A stretch of 64,000 nt of DNA from Dicyema japonicum (Eukaryota > Animalia > Dicyemida): NCBI GenBank assembly GCA_011109175.1, contig RDEW01000100.1, forward strand, positions 1 to 64,000, in the 5' to 3' direction. The position numbers and the translations under genes were made by a program. Of this stretch, positions 36,941-49,209 are shown piece by piece. A model generated the notes under the pieces. The model had not been told where the DNA came from, searched no databases, and saw nothing but the letters and a program-made list of their open reading frames with translations. The number at the start of each line of letters is the position of its first letter. Within the stretch, counting starts at the first letter, position 1.

Positions 36941-39122
36941 TAGGGCGATTTTTGTCAATAAAGTCAAAAATTGATATGTTCTTTAAAATTGTTTAAAACT
37001 TATAATAATGTACTTTTTAATCAAAAATATTATATCAAAAGCTACCCGTAAATGCTGGGCAGCGCGTAGGTGTTGGAGTGTGGTCACGTCCCGTGATACA
37101 AAATCCACATCATCCGCATAAGATGTCTCTTCTATGTCTCCTATATAGCATTTACGGAGGTCGCGGAGTGCAGATTCAAGGTATATGGTGAATAGTAAAG
37201 GGGAGAGGGAATCACCCTGGGGTGTCCCAATCGTTGTTTTGAAACTGCGGGAAGTTGCTCCTTCTGTCCTCACAGATAGTCTTGTGTTCGCAAGTAGTAG
37301 TCTGATTATCCTAACCGACGATTCATCCAATATTTGCTCAAGCACATTCATCAGTTTCTGTCTGTTTATTGAGTCGAAAGCTCTGGAGAGATCTATTCCC
37401 AACACGGTCGTTGCGCTCTTGAATCTTTGGTGCGTTGCGCAGCGCCATCTGTGGCTCCATACAATGTCTGCCGTAGACCTCCCTTCTCGGAACCCACTTT
37501 GACTTGCTGGTAGGTATAGATTCGCCATACCCTTTATCCGGCTTAGTGCAATGTTTGCCAGCACCTTGCGTATCGAATTCAGAAGTATTATCGGGCGGAG
37601 ATTTTCTACTGGTCCTTTTGATTTGTTCGGTTTTTGTATGGGTATTAATAATCCATTTCCAAGTCCTAGATCGGTATTAGTTTCAAAGACGGCATTTAGG
37701 GTTTTTGCAATTGTGTCGCTAAGTTTTTTTGGCCCATATTTTAGGAGCTCAGGGCTTATGTTGTCCGGCCCAGCACTCTTGTTGTTCTTCAGTTTATTTA
37801 TCGCTAATTCCACCTCTTCCACTGTGATTGGGATTTTTAGCGCCTTTGCTTCTCCTTGGAAAGGGGGAAAGTCATTATTTTCTTTATTCAACAGTGTTTC
37901 GAAGTGTCGTGCAATCAATTCTGCTTTTTCTTTCGGGTTACCCACGAATTCTATGTGAAGGATGTTTTGTCCTTTCTTTGTCCGCAGCAGCCGCAAAGCC
38001 GCATGTTCTTTAAAATTGTTTAAAACATATAAAAATGTAGTTTTTAATCAAAATTTATATCAAAAGATATAAAGTCAAAAAAGGTCAAAGTTTAATTTTT
38101 ATGGGTCGATAAAGTCAAAATTTTATTTATTTGATTTTTTTAATTTTCGAGTTTTTACTCGCGTGGAATCAATTATCATCATTCACTGTCATGCTGCGTT
38201 CAATCTAGATTCTAGAATGACAAAAAAGAATAAGTCTGTTGTTTATCTGAATTTTATTGAAATCTCCTTTGTAATTTATTTGAGACATTTGTAACTGAAA
38301 AAAACAATTTTTTATTGAATCACATCGATCGTCTAAGAAGCATATCAAATTAGCATTTATTATTTTTATTACTATTTTACAGGTATACTATAATACTAAC
38401 TTATTTTCTCGTCCCATCTGTCGACACATGGGTCGATGAAGTCACTAAGGCTCTTGTCGAATCCGATATTCCCTTGCATAAGTTGAACAGTAAAAGCTTA
38501 CGAGACTTGTTTGAGAGTATTGGACATAATCTTCCCTCTACTTACGATTGCCGAAAAAGTGTAAAAAATTTATGCAGCTTGACAGAATTAAACTATTTTT
38601 GAGGTTTTATTGTCATTTATTATAGATCTGAAAAAAAATTTCTTGATTAACGAAACTGATATCCGGGGACGGAAATATGTCAATACACTTGTTGGAAGAT
38701 TTTCAGATCCCAAGAAAATATTTTTAAAATCTTGTAGTCCATTGTCTTCTGCGGCAAACTCGTCGATTGTCTGTCAGATAATTGACGATATGCAAAGGGA
38801 TTTTGCGATAGATCGCGATAATTTTGTATTAATGGTATCGGATGCAGAGACATGGTAGCTACGCACAAGTAATGAAGGTTTATACAAGAATTTGAATCAT
38901 GTAACGTATTCAAGCGGTTTGTCAAAACGAACTAAGTACAAATTCATCATCATATTATGCCAATATGAAGGTATATGTGAAATGATGAAGAAGGCAGATG
39001 AAACATATTTCACTAGAAAACGCTAAAGTCAAAAAAATCAAAATTTTGAAATTTTAAAGTCAATAAAGTCAATTTTTAGGTCAAAATTTCCGATTTATAA
39101 GGTCAAAATAAAAATCGCCCTA
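36941..39122 (+). mobile_element. hAT-like DNA transposon (DUF659-type transposase remnant ~38440-38990) carrying a captured RTE fragment
   Basis: 13-bp perfect TIR TAGGGCGATTTTT / AAAAATCGCCCTA. Clusters of AAAGTCAA subterminal motifs at both ends. Remnant NETDIRGRKYVNTLVG...FVLMVSDA. No clean TSD seen. Confidence 0.78.
37060..38002 (-). mobile_element. Internal RTE RT fragment, truncated at both ends, close to 54830-55785
   Basis: ORF 36983-37996 (SAGPDNISPELLK, LRPIILLN, IDLSRAFDS, GTPQGDSLSP, YADDVD). Long identical stretches with the 54-56 kb copy. Confidence 0.92.
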
Positions 39123-39912
39123 AAATAATGACTTATCAATTAACAAATTGCAATACTCGGAATATCCTTCACATAAAAACAATTCATACATTTCATGTCT
39201 TAGTTCATAGAATCGATATAAACTTTCCCCTTGAAATCCAATGAATTTCAGAATGCATTAATAGATCTACTGAATATTTTAATCCCATTTCTGAACAAAT
39301 TTTTGAAAAAATCCTTGATTTCAATGCACGATTTCTTGAAAAAATTGACCATTTTAACAGTTTGATAAAGTATCATCACAAATAAGACATTTTGGAATTT
39401 GTTTTTTATTGCAACAATAAAATCACGGAGACAAATAAGAAATTTATTGAAATTTGAATAACCATTCGAGACGCCTCAAGAGAGGATGAAAGATCGTCCG
39501 AGGTGGATCACAGTCAAAAGGACTTAAACAACCTAATAAAATACTATGTGAAAATATCCCATAAAGACCATAAGAATTGGCTGTCTCTTGGAATATCTCA
39601 GTAACCTTTAATTCAATTTATGCTTAGCTGGAGAGCCGTAAAGTGCTTTTCTCTTCGATGGACTGAGGATTTCCTCCGGGAAGGTTCGATCTTCCGCAAA
39701 ATGCATCGCCCGGGAACGAGAATGTCCCCAGGAGGATGGGGTCTATCGGTCCTTTTTCGGTGGCCATTAGGTGCCCCCTGGCCGGTTCTAAATCCTTTTA
39801 ATTTGGTAGACCACATAACGCAACACTAAGGATAAAATTTACTGTAGTAATTTCAGTTTCTCAAAAATAGTTATATTTATAATATCTATTAATAAAAGAA
39901 AATATTAAATTA

Positions 39913-42900
39913 TTATAAATATTTCATTAATAAGTCATCAATTTGGTAAGCCTAAATTTATTTAAAATAATACCAATAATGTCATCAATTCAAAATTTGT
40001 TGATTTTTCTAAAATTGAAATTGTTAAGAGTTCAGGCTGACTTTTCCACATAAAGGTACCGAATGAATGACTTTCAAGCAATTCCTTTTCACAGTTCATA
40101 AAGTAAATTCCCTTCTCGTTTACTGCCAATAGTAAGTTGGTTGGAAAAGTTAAAATTTTTGTTTGCTGAAAATTACAATAAATAAGACCCTGACTTCAAA
40201 AAACGTGGAATTGAAGAAATTAAAAGAAGAAAGTATTTTTAGAAAACACAAGGACGCCTCGTAAGAATTCATCTTCGAATCCATCAAAAGATAATCTAAA
40301 GTTTTCTAAAAATTTGCTTCAAAATTTGACCTGAGAATATTCTTCATAATCTTGATCTTTCTCAGCAATTTTTGGTGGATAAATTCTATCAAAATTTTTC
40401 CTAACAAATAAATAAAAGTCTACTTAACATCAGCTGTGTTTTGTAGGAATTTTCTGTCCATTCTCAGAATGAGAGCCGACAGTCTTTGAGCAGTGAATTT
40501 CGAACATTTATAATATCCACTTAAATATTTTCGCTTTTCTTGCGGAAGACAAAATCTATAGTCTGCGATTGGGTCGTCCCCCAATTTGTAATTCTTCCAA
40601 AAGTTCCGCAAAAAAAATATCTGATATTCTCCTGATGTAATATCGCTGCCACCCAAAAAATCAAAAATAAAATCATTTTCCGGAATATTTCGAACTAACG
40701 TTGGAACTATAGCAGTACCTGCCTTATGATTTCTTACAAAAAGACCATAACCTTCAAGCGATTTGAGTCCGAGACGACTGGCAATATTGTTGGACAGTTC
40801 TTTGGATTCAGTCGAGGATTCGATTTCAACAATCTAAGTAAAAGACCTATTCAACTTCTATCGTGTCATCTGGAATACTTATTTTGTGATACAAACGAGT
40901 CTTGCCGGATCGAATGGCGAGGATTTCTACACTGACGGGAGGAAATTTCCTCGGGGTTTTTCTAAAATAACCCAAAAATAGAAAACTTGAAAATTTTGCG
41001 AATTTTTTTGACTGTTGACGGAGCGAACGGATGTTGGGTGGCTTTAATAAGCGAAATGATTTTCAAAATTATTTTAGTCGAGGGGGCACAGACTCCACTG
41101 AGCAGCCAAAGCAGCTCCCATGTGTTTTTAATGGTAGTGGCATTCTTTTCAGTAGAAATCCCTGAAACGAGGAAAGTATAAACGTCGTCTCTAATTTCGA
41201 TATTTCTTATCGGAAGTGTAAATATTTCACGTATGAGTTTATACGCCTCATTTATATCCAAATCTGTATTAATATATTTTTTGATTTCCGACAAATAATT
41301 CGAGGACACGTTGGTAAGAGAGTTTAAGTAAATATTCGATTCTCCCGCAACCCCCGAGTCTTTGCGTTCATAGGACGTGCATTCCTCAAAACTTTTATTT
41401 TTCGAATTTTCAAATGGAAAATTCAGAATATTACTCCACAACTGAAAATAAAAGAGTCACAAACATTTTCTGGAATTTCCCCCACAATAGGAAGAACATG
41501 CGATGTATTTCGGTATATTGGCTCCTCTTTTTGAGTTTTCACGTTCACCCCCAAACATGTTTTTCCTCCAATCAAATCTTCTCCAGTCGCATTAACGAGT
41601 TTATAAGTGTTAGGAATTCCTGAAATGTGATCATCAACAACTTTGTAGCAAATCCTTTTTAAGGATAAGAAACTGAGACCTCCTTGATATCCTGTCGAAA
41701 AGAGATGAGATAAAATCGCAAATTTGAAATCCGAAAAAGGACATCATCTCAATTTTTTGCCCATTAAGAGTCCTTATGAAGCAGCACTCGTAGGGTATGT
41801 CATCTCCTCTAGAAATGAATAAAAGCACTCCGCCTGGTTTTGGAGATGTCTTGGATGACATAATAAGGGATCACGTCTATTACGTCATCAAAGTCATCAA
41901 TGACGGAGATATTTGTATAATTTACAGCAATGGTGTTATTTTTGATATGAGTATTTTGAGTTGAATATTCAAAGCACTCAAAATGACGAGAAAAAAAGTT
42001 AGGGAACTTTGTCCTAATTTTCTCCAAAGTTACCTCCATCAGCTAAGAGGTTAATATTTAACCGATTTTACCTTGATTTTACCCGATTTTTGTATATAAG
42101 TTTCCCTTTCTTTGTACAAATTCAGGTTGACGGACAAGCCATTTCTAGCTTTTTTTGAGTTGAAAGAAAAAAAGCTGTCAAAGTGGTTTTCAGCCTGTTT
42201 AGCGTCAAATGACTGGTATTTCACGAAATAGTCGTTAGAAACGATTTCCAGGAGATCGTGTTCCTTGAAATCAGTAACAAAATACTTTAAAGCAGTGATT
42301 CCTTGATTTCAAAAAGTCCAAAACCTGTTCATATGTAATCAAAAGTGCAGTGTGGTCGTCAGACAATATCTCCCAGGGATCCATCAACTCTCTTTGGAAG
42401 ATCAAACTCCAATTTGGACTAAATGAGTCTATCCCCTGTTCTGAGCTCAGTATTTCACAACGACAAATCGCATCAAATACGAATCCGTCACAGTTTCCAA
42501 GTGAGGAAATCTGCAAGTAACTCATAGACTACATTATCGAGATAGTGGATATAAAGAGCAAAGTTTTCCGAAGAGAATAGTCCCAATTTCTTGCGGAGAA
42601 TTTCGCAGACATCTCGAGAAGTTGCTGAAAAATTAATCTCCACAAAAATCTGATCTATTCCAGGGACTTTGACTCCCAGTGTCGGAACAGAAAGCTTATC
42701 CACCGCCTGAAGTTGGATGAATCAAATATTGACCTGAACTTCGACCAATGACGTGGGGAATGTCCGTAGTTTGTTTTTTGAGTCCAACAATCTTTGGAGA
42801 GCAAATTTTGCCATTTTGTGCACCTTTTTCGAGAAAAAATCTTCTAAACGTTGAAAAACCTTAATTTTCAGTTTGGAAACAACTTTGTCAGACGGATTGA

Positions 42901-45900
42901 ATGATATACACGCCAGGGATATCATTTTCCAGGCCTTTGCAGAAACCTCTGGTGAAAGGGACGTCAACTTTAACAGAAAAACTATTTCGGCATAAAGGAT
43001 GTCCCTGAAATAAAGTTTCCTCGAAACCTGAGATCCCTCATTAATAGACAGTTGCAAATCATGAATTGCACCTTTTCTAAATCGGAAGATGGTCTGTCGA
43101 CAAAGTTTAACCACTTTTTTCGATCCATGTCCTTTTTTGGGGCAATCGTAAGAAAGTTATCATTCACTTCCTTACTCACGTGTCTAATGAACTGACATAT
43201 TGTCACGAATTACCCTTTTGTTGTTTAGAAGTTTGGAGATTAGTGGATCCGGTTCCAAGCCAACGAACCTCAGGAGGACTTTCCAAATTTGCTTTGCAAT
43301 CTAAAAATCATCAAATGTCCCTTCCTTTAGGTCGAATGAATTTAATTCGCTAACAAATGGATGGATTTGTTCGGGCAGAGCATCAGAGAGTCTTTCAGTC
43401 AATGGGAGTCTCAAAATAATCTCCTCCGCCATAAATAAATTCGAATTTTGGGCCTAAAATACATTTTTTTGAAAACCAAAATTTTAGTTGCCAAAAATGA
43501 TCTGATCACAGCTTGTAGGAGAGTCACAGAAGATAAAACTTTTTTCAACTTCTAAAAACTTAAATTTAAAGTCAACAAAATCTTTGTTCTTCAAAAAGGA
43601 GCGAATTTTGGACTGAATTAAGACTATCGCCTTTTTCTGTCGCTTATCAAAGCTTCTGCGGAACTCTTCCAGCAAAAGAAAGTTTTTTATGGTGGTTTGC
43701 AGAAAAACAACATTCTGCATGGTTTCTTTTATGAACCTTCTCTGAATGGTGCTCTTAATTAAGCTTTGAATCGAAATCACATAATCGGTTAATTTTTGTT
43801 CCCTGTTCCTTTCCATCAAATTGTAGTCAGCTTCCTTGAATGCTTAAATGAGGATAACTCGAATAAAGATCCTTTGGTATCCGATTTGGAAACTTTCTGG
43901 GTGGATTATGTCCTTGCAAATGCCAAAACTGATTTCCTTTTGTTTCTCCAAGTCGTAATCTTCGATTTGAAGGGACAATTTATGATCGAGTAGAATTTTG
44001 AAGCGCGAAATAAAAGTTGCCAAGTTATGGCGAATTGGGTAGCCCATTTTTCTGATTTTGATGGTTTCCATCATTCCAGAGTATCTTAACTGTCTCAGAC
44101 AAATTTGGCGACAGAATTTCTAAAATTAACCCCCATACTCAACGTTTTTGACTTTCTCCTCATTTGGTTTAATGCATCGGACGTAAAAGGGGTTGGCTTT
44201 GTTGAGCATAACGATGAGCTTATCCAGAGATTTCTTAAATTGCTGGGCGATACATGGAGGTCTTATCTTCTCTTCGAGCTTTAAGTTTAATTAAATTGTA
44301 AACTTGGTGGATTTCCTTCTGGAAAAGCTTGAGAAGAAACTCGTTCTTGGAAGTGGCTATAACCTCGGCCATGTAACGACTGAAACTGTCCCTGTTTTTC
44401 TCAAGAAAATCTCATAAATTAAAATTAGACTTTTCGTTTCGTAAATAATCATTCCTGCAAAGTGCTTGACAGCAAAGAAACTGTCGGCGTCAGATTTTGA
44501 GCGAACATATCTGGGGGACGCGAAATGAGTCTGGTTCATTTTCATAAGAAGGGATTCGTCCGTCCCCTGAAATAAATAAATTGCCAAACCTTGGGAAATA
44601 TACTTTCTTCGTTGATGAGAGTAAAAATATTGAGTTTTTCCTCAGCCAGCAAGTCAAGCACTATTTGGTTATCTTCAAAGTTTATATTCTTCCAATCAAT
44701 CCCTTCTTGCGAATATTCGGCCTATTTTGAAACTACTCTCTTAACCTGCTCCAACTTAAACACGTGGTTGATGAAAAATTGGTGGAGTTTCTCATTGGCG
44801 TAATTTATGCATAATTGTTCAAAACTAAATTAAAGCATCAAATAAATATTTTAATTTAAATGCAATATAAAATTTATAAAATTATTAATTTTTAATTTAT
44901 TTATATATCATTTAATTTAGTTTTACCTGTTGTTTTCGAAACATTCAAAACCGTAAATATCGAGGATTCCAATTGAAGATGAAGTTAATGAAACACCTCT
45001 AGGATTATGGTCTGAATCCCATCTCAGTGTGTTGTTCACAGAATCAATCAGAAAATCAAAAATTCGATAATAAATTCTCTTTGCTAGGGCATCACGACCA
45101 TTCACAGCGGCGTTCTGAGATAATTGGCACACCACTGTTTCTGCACGTGCAGCTGTTATTTTGGCTTTTGTCAAAGCAGCTTTAAAATTATCCAAATCAA
45201 TCTATTTTTGTCTAACTTTAGTTACCTTCAAAAATTCTGTGGATTTATTCAAAGCCTCAACGTTTAACACTTTAATTGGAAGGTTCCCGTAGTTTTGATC
45301 TATGGTTCCCTGGTTAATTTACCGAACGTGATTTGTCCGATGTGGAGGATCGCGGCCAGGAGGCGGACAATTTCTGTTTGGTTTTGGGGACTGATCCTAA
45401 GAATGTTCATCGCGGAACGGACGTTCTTATATTCCTCTTGATACTTTTCTGGGTTTACCATGTTCTGGGGGACTCAATGCGCTGACAACCTGGTTCATTA
45501 AGTAATTGTAATTTTCTGGATCTGTCAGGGAGAGCTTTTGTTTCTCTGTGTCTTCCATGCCGTACAGAATATCATAGAATATGTGATAAGAGCTCTCATC
45601 ACGCGCCTTGAAATGATTCGCAATGTGACCTGGTAGCAAACTCTGCATTTCTCGAGCAAATATTGGTATATTACCGCAGTTTTTATAACTCCTTTGCTGT
45701 CGAGGATCACTTTGACATACTTTCCAAAGCGAGAGGAGTTATCGTTCCGAATGGTCTTGGAATTCCCGAAGGCTCAAGATAAAAACTAAAATAACCTTCG
45801 ATTAGGGGGTTTGCTGAAATTAAATGTTTCTCAATTTCCGACTTTTGATTGTTTAAATAAGCCAAATATTGTATCATCAGCTTAGTCGACTCGGTCTTCC

Positions 45901-46468
45901 CTGATCCCGATTCTCCACTACACAAGGTCAGTACTCCACGTGCCTTATTATTATACACTGATCCTCTGAGTGGCTCATAATATTTTTATAAGCTGCGTTG
46001 GTTATTGCGAAAATGTGTGGCTTCTCCTCCCCGATTTTTTTGTTTCTGTACCTCCACATTGAGTGTTCACTGTAAATCGGCAAGGGTTTGTAGGGATTTA
46101 TCGAAATTAAAATATTTCCCGTGTACGTCTAACGCTGACTAAATCCAGTACATAGATAGTGTCCTTTTTGTACCGAATGTGAAGATTTCGGATGACCGAA
46201 GCCTCAGACATATCTTCGAGGAGTATCATATCGTCGATCTCTTCTGTGCGGGACATTGGAATCAACCTTGAAAAGTCATCAATCCAATAATTCTATAAAT
46301 AAATACTTACATTACCTTATCATCGTCATCAAATACCATAACACGATTATTTTCAACCTTAGCAATCTTCCCCCAATGGGTATCTCGAACTCGCTTACTT
46401 TTGCGGGAATTATAAACACATTGTCTCCCTAAAATATTTTTAACTTTTACAGATTTTATCTGCGCCAT
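39913..46468 (-). CDS. MYO7A: Myosin VII (motor, IQs, MyTH4-FERM, divergent SH3, MyTH4-FERM), roughly 1900 aa, about 30 micro-introns; one -1 lesion at ~46372
   Basis: [126 protein letters not shown] and [10 protein letters not shown] follow the MYO7A domain order. ATG at 46468, TAA at 39913. Confidence 0.93.
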
Positions 46469-46840
46469 TGCAACTATGATTTTTTAGATATTTATACTTT
46501 AGTAACTGTAATATATTCGATTATTAATTTTGTTAATTTTATTTCCTCATAATTTATTTTTTAATTAATTTTAATAAAAAATAGTTTAAGAGCATATGTT
46601 AAAGACATTGCACTTTATTTGGCTCATTAGGTTTTATTAGTAAAATCAATTTATGGATTCATTAAAATAATTGTTCAGTTACTTTAATGCTTCTCTGATA
46701 GATTCGATTTATTAATTATTTTTATAAATTTTATAAAATCAATTTTTGTGGCAAATTCAAACACTTTGAAGGTTGCATATTGCCGATAATATTGATGCAT
46801 TTATTTTAGATTTATTAATATTATTATTAAAAATCACTTT

Positions 46841-46930
46841 CACAGAACCAAAGAACGTTATATTTACTAAGGTCCCGTTTACCCATTGTGCATCACAGAA
46901 CCAAAGAACATATATTTACTAAGGTCCCGT
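46841..46930. repeat. 38-bp direct repeat with 15-bp spacer (period 52-53), ~400 bp upstream of the myosin ATG
   Basis: CACAGAACCAAAGAAC..ATATTTACTAAGGTCCCGT at 46841 and 46894. Confidence 0.9.
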
Positions 46931-47205
46931 CACACGTTTTAGGTTTGAATTTTATTAAAACCGAGGATTGATGAAAATTAATAATTCAAGGTAGGTGGTT
47001 TCATCAAAGTTACTCAAATATGGCCAGACGGGATTAGACCCCAGATATTCGATACTTTCTTATTTCAAAAACTATGCATTTCCGATTTCCAATGAGTCCA
47101 TTAAGAAGGGAATTCGAGAGATTTTGGAGACTAGGATCACTTAATTTAGCGAGACGATCGGTTATATTACATAAGCATTGAGCCTATTAGAACCATGCTA
47201 TAGAG

Positions 47206-47330
47206 CAGTGTTTCTCAACCTTTTTTTCGTATTGCCTCTAGAAAAAAATTTCGCTTAGTCAATAATTTATCGCCCCCTATAATAAGTATAGATATTAATG
47301 CTATAATTAATTGTTTTTTTAATAAAAAAT
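47206..47330. mobile_element. Solo hAT/Buster terminus
   Basis: CAGTGTTTCTCAACC matches the TIR of the 57927-59271 element and is preceded by CTATAGAG (central TA). No partner end found. Confidence 0.6.
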
Positions 47331-47614
47331 TGTTAATGTGACCCTTGACCTCTGTGAAGGTTTACAAGATGCTCTATATTTGGGATTTTTAGTAAGTGCT
47401 ACTCTGATATCCACTTTTTCGCAGATACTTAATTATTCCGCTTCTTACTCACCATATGGTTAGGTAAACTGAACAATAATTCCTCATTAAAATTACAGTT
47501 ATCGTCAAAAATATCTATGGTTTAAACAGAAAGTCCTCAACTAAGTGATTCCAGTTCTTAAGTGAAACGTATCCTTTCCCAGCATTATTTCCATCAATAT
47601 CCGAACCCCTCATT

Positions 47615-47757
47615 ATGGTCCTGTGTTCAAATCTCGCTGATGTACATTCCGGCGGAAGGTTACACGCATCTATGATGCTTTTTGGCATGACAAGTGATGC
47701 TTCACTGCGGAACCTAATTGTCTAAATAGGACTGACTCAAGACAAAGAAAAAAGATG
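47615..47757 (+). mobile_element. tRNA-derived SINE, copy 3
   Basis: GTTCAAATCTCGCTG...CATTCCGGCGGAAGGTT...GATGCT...CACTGCGGAACC...GTCTAAA, then an A-rich tail. Confidence 0.75.
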
Positions 47758-47923
47758 TTAAAGAACATTTCTTGGTTACTTCCTCCCTTTCGACGATAGT
47801 CACTATAACTTCGTGGGGAACTATTTTCCTACTATAAATCTCTGGGTTTCCCTATAAATGAAGGAAACCAGAGATCAATCTGTGTATCATGTGTGGTACA
47901 TAAATCGAAAGGTGGAACAGAAA

Positions 47924-48010
47924 CAGAAAGCTCATTTACGGACGCTTTTATATTCCTCTTGATACTTTTCTAGGTTTACCATGCTATGGGGGACTCCAGA
48001 AAGCTCATTT
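47924..48010. other. 59-bp copy of myosin exon/intron sequence (45417-45475) between 14-bp direct repeats
   Basis: Insert 47938-47996 matches 45417-45475 at 54/59 positions. CAGAAAGCTCATTT at 47924-47937 and 47997-48010. Confidence 0.9.
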
Positions 48011-48964
48011 GCCTGAAAGCTTACAGTCAAAATTAAATTATTAACCCCAGTTTCACTAACATGTAGGAAACTTCAACCGTCAAAAACGTGCCGCTAAGAC
48101 AGGACGCTCCCAGAGATCCATTACTTTTACGTCGATCCCTGGTGGTCTAGGGCAAGCAAAGAAATTATAATTAATCTCCCAGCCAAGGAGAGAGGATGTC
48201 CACATCGTGAACGAGAAAGTTTCACCTTGACGGTAGAAGTTCTGAAGCGCTTATCTAGGGAGGTCTGTGCTCCAGTATCTTGTTCACTTGAGGGTTCGGC
48301 CCGCGTAAACAATGTAAATATTGAAAATTGATTAAAATATTAACAAAATATCTTCTTAAGGAGACTTTTTGGACAACTATGGGTTTGGACCATTTCATCA
48401 CGGTCCACTTTAAAATAATCCAATGGCCTCTTGTGCTATCCTAAGAATTCTTAGGTATCCAACCGAGGATAAATCTCTTTGATCCTTTCAGTAAGTCCTA
48501 TATTTCTCCACGAAATGCCGACTTAGTTCATATGTGAGAAAATCATGCTCTTAAAGATTTTCTTGATTACCATTAATTGAATATATGCACAAGAACCGTG
48601 GATTCCATGAGGAAACAATGGTTCCACGTGTTGCTACGTTTCTGTGAAGAACCCGGAAACCCATTGCCCACGCAGTGGAATACCGATCAGTCTTAAAGAA
48701 GGATGCCCAGATCGAGTTCCTCTGTATTCATTTGTGGAGGCTCTACCGTTTTACAGATGAGACAATGGAAGACCATGTAAAATGACTCTGGGATTGTTGA
48801 AAGCTGGGATCGCTTAATTAGTTTTTTTTAGCATCTTTCTTGGTTATCTAGGAATTATTTATTGAAAAGACACACACTTCATTTTAGAAAAAAAACAGGA
48901 TCTAATGGTGCATCTGCATGACTACTCATTAATCACTGAATGTTCCAAGACATCACGAGTGCTC

Positions 48965-49100
48965 TTAACTTCATTTCTTTTGTTGGGTGTGATTCCCTGA
49001 GATAACCCGGTTCCGCTCTGATGCATCACTGATTAATGGGTCACTCGTCGATCCTTGAAGCATTGTAGATGCGCGGAACCCGGCGAGATTCAAACCAAAA
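48965..49100 (-). mobile_element. tRNA-derived SINE, copy 4 (diverged), abutting a second short repeat also seen near 57330
   Basis: Reverse complement reads GGTTTGAATCTCGCC GGGTTCCGCGCATCTAC...GACGAGTGAC...GCGGAACC. AGGATCTAATGGTGCATC occurs at ~48897 and ~57330. Confidence 0.65.
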
Positions 49101-49209
49101 ACTATATAGACGTTGTATGACATCACCATCCGACTCAAATCTGCTTAATTTATATTAAAATTGCTTAATTTACATTAAAAATTTAATTTTAAAATTAAAT
49201 CAAAAATAA

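Noticed and set aside
46841-46930. CRISPR-like repeat-spacer-repeat
   Set aside because: Only two imperfect copies, a 15-bp spacer, eukaryotic context and no cas genes.
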